Assembly: GCA_035691865.1 (NCBI GenBank)
Contig: DASSIM010000025.1
Span: forward strand, 661-64,660
Reading direction: 5' to 3'
DNA: 64,000 nucleotides
From: Candidatus Nitrosopolaris sp.
Lineage (GTDB): Archaea > Thermoproteota > Nitrososphaeria > Nitrososphaerales > Nitrososphaeraceae
This document shows positions 29,441-38,991 of the stretch, one piece after another (positions within the stretch are counted from its first letter, which is position 1; every line of letters begins with the position of its first letter). A model generated the notes under the pieces. That model was not told the origin of the DNA, made no database searches, and saw nothing but the letters and a program-made list of their open reading frames with translations. The position numbers and the translations under genes are program-made.

Positions 29441-30451
29441 ATGAATTATTCAGAATCAAATAACAGAAAAATAGGTATAGTAGCGGCTGTAGTTATAGCA
29501 ATCGCAGCGATGATGATCCCAGGCGCAAGCCTCACATCAACAGCATTCGCACATAAGAGCGATAGCATAAGCGGCAGCGGTAACGTTCAGCAATCTATAA
29601 GTCAATCCAACTCCGTGAGCGCTTCCAATAGTGGTACCGGTGGTAGCGCGAGTGCAGATCACAATACTCAAACCAATAATGCAGCTAACATTGCAAGCGT
29701 AGACATTCACAACGGTGGAAGCCACGATAAAAAATCAGGACATCATCACAAAGGTGGCAGCATTAAGGGCAGTGGTAACGTAGTCCAATCCATAGACCAA
29801 TCCAACTCTATCAGTGCTTCCAATAGTGGTAGCTTTGGTAGTGCGAGTGCAGATTTCAACACTCAAGCCAATAATGCAGCCAACATTGCAGGTGTAGACA
29901 TTCATAACCACGGCGGCGGTAAGATCAAGGACAGTGGTAACGTACTACAAGCCATTGGTCAAAGCAATTCGATCACTGCAACGAATACTGGTACCGGTGG
30001 TAGTGCAAGCGCAGATTTCAACACTCAAACCAATAATGCAGCCAACATTGCAAGTGTAGACATTTCCAACCACGGCGGTTATCATGGTGGCAAAATTAAG
30101 GACAGCGGTAACGTAGCCCAATTGATTGGACAGGATAACAGTATCACCGCGACAAATTCTCCTGCTCCGACACTTCTGGCGTGCTTGGTTGGAGAATCCA
30201 TTCCACCCTGTAGTAGCGCAAGCGCAGATTTCAACACTCAAACCAATAATGCAGCCAACATTGCAAGTGTAGACATTCATAACCACGGCGGCGGTACAAT
30301 CAAGGACAGTGGCAACGTAGCCCAATTGATTGCACAAGCAAATTCCATCAATGCAACCAATACAGGTAGCTTTGGTAGCGCGAGTGCAGATTTCAACACT
30401 CAAAGCAACAACGCAACTAATTTCGCAGACATAAGCATCAGCAATCATTAA
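29441..30451 (+). CDS. Secreted N/Q/S/G/H-rich repeat protein A (five ~54-aa repeats)
   Basis: Signal peptide ending STAFA; repeat I(K/S)xSGNVxQxIxQxNSIxAxN-G..G-SASADFNTQxNNAxNxAxVDIxNHGG occurs five times. Confidence 0.9.
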   Translation: MNYSESNNRKIGIVAAVVIAIAAMMIPGASLTSTAFAHKSDSISGSGNVQQSISQSNSVSASNSGTGGSASADHNTQTNNAANIASVDIHNGGSHDKKSGHHHKGGSIKGSGNVVQSIDQSNSISASNSGSFGSASADFNTQANNAANIAGVDIHNHGGGKIKDSGNVLQAIGQSNSITATNTGTGGSASADFNTQTNNAANIASVDISNHGGYHGGKIKDSGNVAQLIGQDNSITATNSPAPTLLACLVGESIPPCSSASADFNTQTNNAANIASVDIHNHGGGTIKDSGNVAQLIAQANSINATNTGSFGSASADFNTQSNNATNFADISISNH

Positions 30452-30464
30452 GGAGATACCTTCA

Positions 30465-30477
30465 TTTTTTATTTTTT
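30465..30477 (+). terminator. Oligo-T terminator after repeat protein A
   Basis: ttttttatttttt, 14 nt after the stop; a similar tract follows paralogue B. Confidence 0.55.
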
Positions 30478-30604
30478 GCATCCCCAATTCGCTTAAAATT
30501 AGATACTTCTATCTTCTCTTTCATAGTACCCGTGCTTGTTTAAGAATTCATCGAATTCTAACACATCTAGACAATCGTAAACTGAGTTAAACCGGAGCTA
30601 CAAC

Positions 30605-30990
30605 TCAGAAATATAATTCATCGAGAGCATTTTTATTCCATTGAATTCGGAAATCGATGGATAACCAATTGTTTAGACCAATCCCTCGAAAATCGTATTT
30701 GACACCAAGATTGACAATATTCTGTTTAACATATTTCTTGATTATGCTCGGTTTATCTGTTTCAATTACTTTCTCATCCTTGATAGTATATTCCTTACAA
30801 AGGACGATTCCTTTCAAGTCTGCTATTATGTGGTCCCCTGCGGTTGGCTCATCGATGAGTCTTGGAAATCTTCTTCCTTTGCATTCGATAACGTGACATC
30901 TGATCGCATCTTCACATGAAGATAAGCTCGCATACTTTTGAAATCCTCACGTCTTGCCAATAGACGCATTCGTAGCCCATTTGGCTCAGC
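30605..30990 (-). pseudogene. PD-(D/E)XK nuclease-like fragment
   Basis: LSQMGYECVYWQDVRI / CHVIECKGRRFP: an (E)xK motif in a frameshifted reading. Confidence 0.35.
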
Positions 30991-31062
30991 TTGGTTTCCG
31001 AGCTCTTATCGAGGCAGTTAGTACAAGCAAGCTGCAAATCAAGCTGTTAAGAACGATTTCAG

Positions 31063-32715
31063 TTATCTAAGTCTTTTGCCTAGCATATCGGTAAGTCGCT
31101 TCAGAGCTGCAGATCCATCATTCGGGTCTAATCGCACATCCAAAATGCAGAGACCATCGGAGTATTGATTAGCAGCCTCTAAGGCCATATCAAACTCATC
31201 TTCAGTATTAATAACATAGCCTCTCCCGCCTCCAACAAGACCTGGAATGCTTTTGTAATCCCACTGTTGCAGGTCGTTAAATGGACCATCGAGCAGACGC
31301 CGTTCGGTTCCGTAACCGCCATTATTCAGGACTATAACGATTGGGTTCAATTGGTACCTGACTGCAGTTGATACTTCCATTCCAGTCATCTGAAAAGCAC
31401 CATCTCCGACGATTACGAGTGGCCTCAATTTGGGATCAGCTAGTTGAGCCCCTATCGCCGCAGGAACAGCAAAACCCATAGAAGTATAGAATGCAGGGGC
31501 GAGGAATTCTGTGTCGCGTAGTATAACCAAATCAAGTGCACCAAACAGAGAGTCTCCCACATCGGCAATAACGATAGTATTCGCGGTTATAAACGAGGCG
31601 AGCCTGAGAAATAAGCGCTGTACAGTAATCTTTTTTCCGATGTTGGACAAAAATGTAGACGCCGATTCATTACTGTATCGTCTAAAACGTACGGGCTCTC
31701 TCCTCCATATGTTTGCCGATCTCAGACCACGAATGAAGTCTTGTAGTCCCACATTCTCAAAATTATGATGCCGAATGGACAACTTCTCGCTAGTTACGTA
31801 TATGGTATGACTCTGATCTATTGGTGTGACTGCCATTCCGAAATCTATATCAGTCATTAACGCACCTAGTAAGATCAAACAATCACTAGATTCCACAGCT
31901 TCTCGGACCTTGTCATCACCCATCGCTCCCTCGTACAAGCCGAGATAGTACGGATAATTTTCGCGTATTACAGACTTGCTTAAGATAGTGGCCACGACCG
32001 GGATACCGGTCTTCTCGATTAGCTGCAGCATTTCATCTTGTAGGCCAAACCGTTGGATCTCTACCCCTGCTACAATAGCCGGCTTTTGTGACGCATTTAT
32101 CATCGCCATAGCTTCTTCAACTGCTTCAGTAAGAACCACAGGATCACTTCTTTCTTGGTTATCGCCCTTCAAATTGTCTGAAACATTGGCTACGACTGTA
32201 GAGATCATGTCGCGAGGCAACTCAATATAGACTGGTCGTTTATATCGGAATGCCATAGACAAGACACGATCAATTTCGGCTCGAGCAGTGTCAGGGTTGT
32301 TTAATACCGTAGAAGCGACCGTTATATGTTCAAATATCTTTTGTTGGGTATCATATTCACGGACGACATGGTGAAGAAGCGGATTCTTTGTACGTTCTTT
32401 TCCCCCAGGTGCACCACTAATAACTGCGACAGGCGACTTTTCGGCATACGCTTGGGCAGTAGCATTGACCACCTTAAGACCCCCAACACAATATGTAATA
32501 CAAACCGCCCCAAAACCCTTAACACGTGCATATGCATCTGCTGCAAATGCGGCCCCTTGTTCATCACACGTGTTTACCACCTTAAGCATATTACTACGGA
32601 TCATCTCATCATAGAAGCCAAGAATGTAATCCCCTGGAACCCCGAAAATGTGTTTAGTCCCATATTCGTGTAGTTTTTGGATTAGATAACTGCTAATCGT
32701 ATGCGTATTTTCCAT
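31063..32715 (-). CDS. TPP-dependent alpha-keto acid decarboxylase (pyruvate/indolepyruvate/phenylpyruvate decarboxylase family)
   Basis: IFGVPGDYIL, CDEQGAAFAADAYAR (catalytic Glu), LLHH, ADVGDSLF, TPP motif GDGAFQMTG...NNGGYG. Confidence 0.93.
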   Translation of the reverse strand: MENTHTISSYLIQKLHEYGTKHIFGVPGDYILGFYDEMIRSNMLKVVNTCDEQGAAFAADAYARVKGFGAVCITYCVGGLKVVNATAQAYAEKSPVAVISGAPGGKERTKNPLLHHVVREYDTQQKIFEHITVASTVLNNPDTARAEIDRVLSMAFRYKRPVYIELPRDMISTVVANVSDNLKGDNQERSDPVVLTEAVEEAMAMINASQKPAIVAGVEIQRFGLQDEMLQLIEKTGIPVVATILSKSVIRENYPYYLGLYEGAMGDDKVREAVESSDCLILLGALMTDIDFGMAVTPIDQSHTIYVTSEKLSIRHHNFENVGLQDFIRGLRSANIWRREPVRFRRYSNESASTFLSNIGKKITVQRLFLRLASFITANTIVIADVGDSLFGALDLVILRDTEFLAPAFYTSMGFAVPAAIGAQLADPKLRPLVIVGDGAFQMTGMEVSTAVRYQLNPIVIVLNNGGYGTERRLLDGPFNDLQQWDYKSIPGLVGGGRGYVINTEDEFDMALEAANQYSDGLCILDVRLDPNDGSAALKRLTDMLGKRLR

Positions 32716-33838
32716 ACCCTTTCGGCGAAACTTGATTCTATTAAGATTTATGGGGATCGAACGATATAGTTCTATTATCCATAAACTTTGGTATACATGA
32801 ACTCAGACACCCATGGTAATTACTAGAACACGACACAGTTACTGTGATACTATAGATGCGGATAGTAGCTTTATTTTCTAAATAAATATTCTATGGATCA
32901 GGTAACTAAATCAGTTTTTTAAGCTGCAGGCACATTATTTCAAATTATTTTCTGCTTACAAATATCACATATTTCAGGGGGAGTAGTCATATTTGACCCT
33001 CCATAAAATCAGATTCATCAATCATTATACTACCATATTCACCACTAGTTGAAATGCTGCCATATCTACTAACAATTTTTTCTTTGCTTTAGTCAATGCT
33101 TACCTTTCAAAGTGCCATAAGTACGTTTATTCAATCTGTCATCTTCTATAGTATTAAAAAATAGTATTTTTTCTGCATCCCTATTTAGCATAGGGTATTG
33201 TAACATTGGTTTTAATGCTCTTATCTGCAAATTTGCGACGTTAATATCTACAAATATCATTTTGTATACATTGATAACATGGTCAGAAATTCTTGATATC
33301 CCTTAAACTGTTTTGTGAGGAAGGACTCTTTAGATAAGCGATAATTCGCAGCATCTATCTTGGCGTTTCTAGGTGATTAATGTGGGAGTAAATTCCTTTC
33401 ACGTGTGTGATTTATCATATTCTTTCACATCACAGACTTGATATCAAGCTCCATCAGAAATACAAAGAGGATTGCTTCTGTATGATAACAAAATACGAAA
33501 AATAAAGGTGGTGACCTTAGTTAGGCGTCACTTCTCTGCCGGGAGGAACAAAGTTTAAGTTCAAAGAGCGCAATAAAAAAGAGGGGATTTTAAGAACAGT
33601 TTTATCAGACACTGACTAACATCTTGCCCTGATGCACCCTTCTTCTTCGAGTATGATAAAGATAGTTGAAAGCAACAGTCACTAAGTGAACTTGCAGGAC
33701 ATTTCCAGCCACAATTTATAATCCGCTCTGAGATAAAACAAACCCCTATGACAATGAAATACAAATACTGCTGCAAAAGTCTATGAGAATCAGGAGACAA
33801 CGGTTATCTGGACGGAACATACCTGTATTTACAAAGGC

Positions 33839-34099
33839 TTGACGTGGATACAATCCTTCCAGCGTTACCAATTTTGTGTGAACTGCGGAAAACCAAATCT
33901 TGGACATTCAATAGACAACGCTCCGAAATGTCTAACCCTTAGGAAGATGATGCAGAAAAACCAAGTTGGACAAATCGGAAACGAATTTCGTTTCAATCTT
34001 AATAGCAAAATGGAAAGCAGCCAATCCCAACCCGGTACAGGGATAGATTATTGTCCATATTGCGGCATTAAATACGTCGCACCGACTTTTTCTTCCTGA
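33839..34099 (+). CDS. Small Cys-rich (Zn-binding) protein
   Basis: CVNC...H...C and C-terminal CPYC. Confidence 0.55.
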   Translation: MTWIQSFQRYQFCVNCGKPNLGHSIDNAPKCLTLRKMMQKNQVGQIGNEFRFNLNSKMESSQSQPGTGIDYCPYCGIKYVAPTFSS

Positions 34100-34279
34100 C
34101 TGGTGGGGACATATTCAAAAGCCAATATATTTAGTCGTTGTGAGTACATTAAATTTTCACCAATTTTACACTTATTCATATATTTCATTCAGCAACTTCG
34201 TTTTTGGGTAAACTAAATCAAAAGTGCGGTACATTGTTTGAGAATGCCCTTATACTAAAACAAGTAATATAATATTGTT

Positions 34280-34618
34280 ATGCAGAAATTTATTATAGTT
34301 ACAACGAGTTTGACACTGGTTGTTGCCACTATACTTGTAGCTGGAACATTACTGTTTCCATACAACTATGCAATGGCGGGTAAGAGTCACGATGCGTCCC
34401 ATAGCAATACTGCTAATGGCGCGCAAATTGGCGGTCCTGAAGACCACGATAATATAGGTCACGGTAATACTGGTACGGCTAATATAGGAAATGGAAATCA
34501 CGGAATCCATAATATGGGCAACGGTAATACGGGTAGAAATAACGTAGGGAATGGCAACACAGGTAGCAACCTTGTAACAGATCCCATACCGTGTGTTGAC
34601 AACAAAAAATGTGACTAA
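34280..34618 (+). CDS. Secreted protein with NxGxGNxG repeats (PPE-MPTR/pentapeptide-2-like)
   Basis: Signal peptide ending YAMA; NIGHGNTGTA NIGNGNHGIH NMGNGNTGRN NVGNGNTGSN; terminal Cys pair. Confidence 0.82.
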   Translation: MQKFIIVTTSLTLVVATILVAGTLLFPYNYAMAGKSHDASHSNTANGAQIGGPEDHDNIGHGNTGTANIGNGNHGIHNMGNGNTGRNNVGNGNTGSNLVTDPIPCVDNKKCD

Positions 34619-34862
34619 CCAAAACGAAGTTATTTGTGCAGGATAGTCAAGCGAAGAAGCTCACAATTCCCACAATCCTTTTTGATTCTAATTGTTATTA
34701 TTAAAGAAGAAGAAATAACCAAATCATAGGCAACAACAAATGTCCCAACATTAGGAAACCCCGTACTCACTACCTATAAGAGAGTGACATTCTTATATTA
34801 GATTCCTAGTAGAGACGAACTTCTAAGCTATTTATATCAGACTCAACACTAGTCGTACTAGT

Positions 34863-35774
34863 ATGTATTCTTACGGAAAAATAGGCATTATAGCGGTAGT
34901 AGCTATAGGAATAGCGGCTATGATGATTCCAGGCGGAAGCCTTGTATCAAGAGCTTTTGCAGATTCAAGTGCAAGTAACAATGACCAGTCAAATTCAGCT
35001 AGCAATAGTGCAACCGTACACATCAGTAACGGAGGACATCATGATAATAAATCAGGACACAGCGACAAAAAAGATCACAAGAGTGGTGGTAAAATAAGCG
35101 ACAGCGGTAACGTTCATCAAGATATTTCACAGTCAAACGACATTAGTGCCAGCAATACCGGAAGTGGCGGCAGTGCGTCAGCGGATTTCAATAGTCAGTC
35201 AAATGATGCAAGTAATTCGGCTGACGTTAGCATACACAACCACGGATCTCATGGTAAAATTAGCCACAGTGGTAATGTTGACCAATCTATAACTCAGTCA
35301 AATTCTATTAGCGCCAGCAATACTGGTGGAAGTCCACCTCCATGCGGCACCTGTATTACTGCCCCTGTCAGGACAGACGGCGTTAGCGGCGGTTCCGCAA
35401 GTGCAGACTTCAATACACAGTCAAATTCAGCAACCAATACTGCAGATGTAGACATTCACAATCACGGCGGTAAGATAAGCCATAGTGGTAATGTAGATCA
35501 GTCTATCACTCAATCAAACGATATTCAAGTCAGCAATAGCGGTAGCAGCGACGGTTGCGGCGTATCGTGCAGCACAGCCTTAGAGATAATCATCCCAGGT
35601 GCAGACGCAAACTTTAACACACAATCAAATGATGCGACTAACACTGCAAGCGTAGACATTAGCGGTCATGGGGGCAGTTTAAGTCACAGCGGCAATGTAG
35701 ATCAGTCAATTACACAATCAAATTCTATTAACGCAACAAGCACATCTGGGGGCGGTTGTCCTAACTGTGGTTAA
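34863..35774 (+). CDS. Secreted repeat protein B, paralogue of 29441..30451, with C-terminal CxxC
   Basis: Leader KIGIIAVVAIGIAAMMIPGGSLVSRAFA is homologous to that of A; SGNVDQSITQSNSI / SASADFNTQSN.A.N.A.V.I repeats; ends GGGCPNCG. Confidence 0.9.
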   Translation: MYSYGKIGIIAVVAIGIAAMMIPGGSLVSRAFADSSASNNDQSNSASNSATVHISNGGHHDNKSGHSDKKDHKSGGKISDSGNVHQDISQSNDISASNTGSGGSASADFNSQSNDASNSADVSIHNHGSHGKISHSGNVDQSITQSNSISASNTGGSPPPCGTCITAPVRTDGVSGGSASADFNTQSNSATNTADVDIHNHGGKISHSGNVDQSITQSNDIQVSNSGSSDGCGVSCSTALEIIIPGADANFNTQSNDATNTASVDISGHGGSLSHSGNVDQSITQSNSINATSTSGGGCPNCG

Positions 35775-35799
35775 CAGAAGCCATTAACGGAAACCAACC

Positions 35800-35814
35800 T
35801 TTTTTTATTTTTTT
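35800..35814 (+). terminator. Oligo-T terminator after repeat protein B
   Basis: tttttttattttttt downstream of the stop. Confidence 0.55.
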
Positions 35815-35943
35815 GTAGAAACAATGTAGTCGCATCAGGCCAAGTTATTTTTAATCATCAGGTAATATTGTAGAAATAAAATTTTCACCACTTTACCTGT
35901 GTCCGTATATTTCATTCAGCAGTTTCGTTTTTTGGTTACGTTT

Positions 35944-36276
35944 CTAGTTACCATCATATATTTTACACTGCACAGTAAGAAGGTTTAGAGTTATAGGATA
36001 ACCACAATTCGCTAAAGTGTAACCCATATCCTCTTGCAACCTCCTCTTACTCATCATAACCTTCGGAGTGCCCAATTTGTTGAACGGCATCACTATCATT
36101 CCCTCTTCTATTCTAATTCGCCAATTTTTACTTATGAGGTGTTTAATGACTTCTCCTAGTGCACGCTCAAATTCCGTTAAAGAAAATTCAGGCTTGACTT
36201 CAACACCTATCAGACGTTCATCTGTAAAAACTACGGTATCGAATCCTCCGCAGCTCCTTATCTTACCGACACACAC
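35944..36276 (-). pseudogene. PD-(D/E)XK nuclease-like fragment
   Basis: GGFDTVVFTDERLIGVEVK then FERALGEV (D-x-E-x-K plus Q-helix-like segment); N-terminus apparently missing. Confidence 0.5.
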
Positions 36277-36278
36277 CT

Positions 36279-36370
36279 AATAGTGATTTGTATGTAGCGA
36301 ATGAGCATGGTGACTCTGTCTCAGTAATACAAACAAAAGCTGTAATTGGTAGTCCTATAAAAAATTAAGG
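36279..36370 (+). pseudogene. Single YVTN-type beta-propeller repeat remnant
   Basis: NSDLYVANEHGDSVSVIQTKAVIGSPIKI. Confidence 0.5.
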
Positions 36371-36424
36371 CACCTAAGTACATGAAGATATAAACCTTTA
36401 ATACTTTACTTGCGTTTGGGGGTT

Positions 36425-36739
36425 ATGAATAAAAGCCATGCACTTTTTGGTACCATCCTGGTTACTATAATGATGCTGATAATACCAACACACTTTGCGA
36501 AGGCAAGTATTTGCAGCGCTTCAGCTTCCTCAGTTGGTAAGCCGCATAGCAAGCCCCACAAGTTTGGTATAACGTTTTCCAGTCCAGACAGTTGTTCTGT
36601 TGCTGCAGGCGCTAGCCATACTGCTGGAGGATTCGCAAATTTTGCCGGTAAGTCCAGTTGTGCGGGCCAGTCGGTAGCGAAATTTCCTAGTGGCTCAGGC
36701 GGAAGTGGTAGCGGCAGCGTAAGTTGTATTTCACCTTAG
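36425..36739 (+). CDS. Small secreted Ser/Gly/Ala-rich protein with four Cys
   Basis: Signal peptide ending FAKA; ICSASASS...SCSVAAG...SSCAGQS...SVSCISP. Confidence 0.75.
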   Translation: MNKSHALFGTILVTIMMLIIPTHFAKASICSASASSVGKPHSKPHKFGITFSSPDSCSVAAGASHTAGGFANFAGKSSCAGQSVAKFPSGSGGSGSGSVSCISP

Positions 36740-36959
36740 CTCGGTAGCTGCTTTGCTGGGATTCAGCAAGATTTTCTCTTACTTAATCGGCAGACAATAT
36801 TCCAGTAAAAGCACTTACACCTGAACAACAAGAGCAGGTAATGCATGACTATGTTACGAAAATAAATGGTTGGTTATTCGTAACCGAAGCTAAATGACCT
36901 TCCATATTTTTTGATTCCTTTAATTTTAGTAGCGATTGTTGGTTCATAGATAATAACTA

Positions 36960-37226
36960 TCAGCCAATTTTGCAATAGCCTTCACCTTTGGGCAAATTTG
37001 TATAGCCTATATGTTCCATTATTTGTGATACACGTTTTTTGAGAAAATAATAATCCGGTAAACTTCGGAGGTATTCAATCCAGTCTTTTTCTGTTTGACC
37101 TGAATCTATGCAGTTACATGAACATTTGTGATTCCTTACCTCAATATAGAGGACATTTCCAATCATCAGTTTATTGCATTCTCTTTGGTCTTCCACCGCG
37201 TGCAAGTGCATAAGGCATTTTCCCAT
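36960..37226 (-). CDS. Hypothetical protein
   Basis: 88-aa Cys-containing ORF; no family recognised. Confidence 0.4.
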   Translation of the reverse strand: MGKCLMHLHAVEDQRECNKLMIGNVLYIEVRNHKCSCNCIDSGQTEKDWIEYLRSLPDYYFLKKRVSQIMEHIGYTNLPKGEGYCKIG

Positions 37227-37952
37227 TCCACTCGTTAATGGATAACCACTGAAGATAACCTGGGCTTTGACTTAATTATACGATGATGACTTTGCTTGTG
37301 ACTCGCCGTGAGCCTTGGCGACATTTGCTCGTGCTGTTGCCTAGTCTGAACAACTGTTGATCCGCGATTACTTGTACGGCTTTTAGATTATTTTGTTCTG
37401 TCAGAAACTTTTGAATTACCACTACTTTAGATTTGATTTGACTAGCAACGCAAAATCAGTTATAAACACTAGTCAATTATATTCCTCGTTGATAGCGCTA
37501 CTATCACTACTATGAGCGATCACACCTTTTAATGGCCCTTTTTGTCATTAGTTCTTCAACATTGATTTTGGCCAGACTTGCTTTAACTGATTCCTGTATA
37601 GTTGGTGCAATTATTCCGTCAGCGTGATTAGCCATTAGCTGCTGATAAATGATATTTGCCTGACTCCGATTAATATGATAGTTTAAAGCTATTGTAGCCT
37701 GTACTTACTGGAGGTCATTTGAAGCAACAGATGCACCTGCCTGGAATCTTCAAGTACGTACCTCCATCTGTATTACCTGTTCTACAAAAGGAGTGACAAA
37801 ATGGAGTCCTTCTCCTAGTGCACAGTTTTCGACAGCACCCACTTACAAAAATCTATTCTATCTTTTCCGCAATTTGTAATTATCTCATAAGTTGAAGCAT
37901 GGTAAATTATTTCTGCCGCTATTGATTTAACTATGGTAGGTTATTACAATTT

Positions 37953-38756
37953 TTGCCAATGGATTCCGGCAATGAAATTCCCAATCTCATACCTGTAGAA
38001 ATAAGAGAATTGATGCTTGAAGAACAGACCTCGATGACTGATGTACATGCACTGAAGGTTATTGCAGAAAGTAGGGCTAGAGTGGCTAAAGCTCTAAAAG
38101 AAGAAAGTATAGTATTTCATTCATATCTGGAAGGTTCAGACAATTTCCTTCGATCCCATCTAGGTTCCAGGATCCACCTGGTGATTTTGTATGCTGACAT
38201 AGTCAATTCTACTCGAATGAGCACAGTGCTTCCACTTGAAAAGTTAACGACCATCTTACAAATATTTGCACAAGAAATGACTGTTGTCGTCGCAAATAAC
38301 GAAGGTTATATTCTAAAGTATGTGGGAGATGCAATTATAGTTTACTTTCCTGTCCCCACTGCTAGTGAGATTAGTGTGTCCGCTAGAAGAGCAGTTATGT
38401 GTGCTCTACATATGTTAATTGTAGTTGAACACGGAATAAACGCCATTCTCAAACAATCTGATTTTCCAGAAGTGCATATAAAAATTGGTATTGATTCAGG
38501 GGAGAATGCAATTATCGAGTATGGTTCGAGTGGATCGAAATCCCACATTGATATTCTTGGGTATCCAATGAATGTTACTGCTAAAATCACATCGTTAGCA
38601 CAAGCAGATCATATTTTGGTTGGTGATACTACATATCGATGCCTTGATCTACGAACGCGTGAGAAACTAACCAAATTGGGCTTAAAACGTCAGGATTATA
38701 TCAATTATCTGACTGGTGATGCATATATTATTTCCTCGTTTGGATTGCAATCCTGA
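37953..38756 (+). CDS. Class III adenylate/guanylate cyclase
   Basis: ILYADIVNST, LKYVGDAI, IKIGIDSG, DILGYPMNVTAKI. Confidence 0.92.
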   Translation: MPMDSGNEIPNLIPVEIRELMLEEQTSMTDVHALKVIAESRARVAKALKEESIVFHSYLEGSDNFLRSHLGSRIHLVILYADIVNSTRMSTVLPLEKLTTILQIFAQEMTVVVANNEGYILKYVGDAIIVYFPVPTASEISVSARRAVMCALHMLIVVEHGINAILKQSDFPEVHIKIGIDSGENAIIEYGSSGSKSHIDILGYPMNVTAKITSLAQADHILVGDTTYRCLDLRTREKLTKLGLKRQDYINYLTGDAYIISSFGLQS

Positions 38757-38991
38757 AATAAGAACTCTAGACAGGGTTGACACACCTACACCCACGACGA
38801 ACAGATTACAGGTAGACCTATGGTAGGTTAGTACGTTTGATCAATTCGAGTATTTTGAAACTGCCGTACTTTGGATATCGCGGGAATGAAAATAATTTTC
38901 GTCAGTAAGTCTACGGGATTGCTTTCGACGCAATAGTCATCCTTAAGTACTTATAGTAGTGAGTAGTGAGTTGAGAGCTAGTAATAAAGAC

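Noticed and set aside
29441-30451. CRISPR-like periodicity in the DNA repeats
   Set aside because: The repeats are in-frame coding units of ~160 nt within a signal-peptide ORF, with no repeat-spacer structure and no cas genes.
29945-30487. 180-aa Cys-rich minus-strand ORF, and other antisense ORFs over pyrE, DUF72, the TPP enzyme, CDC48, the MCO, the helicase and PspA
   Set aside because: Shadow frames of well-supported genes on the opposite strand; the Cys richness derives from GCA/ACA codons of the real gene.
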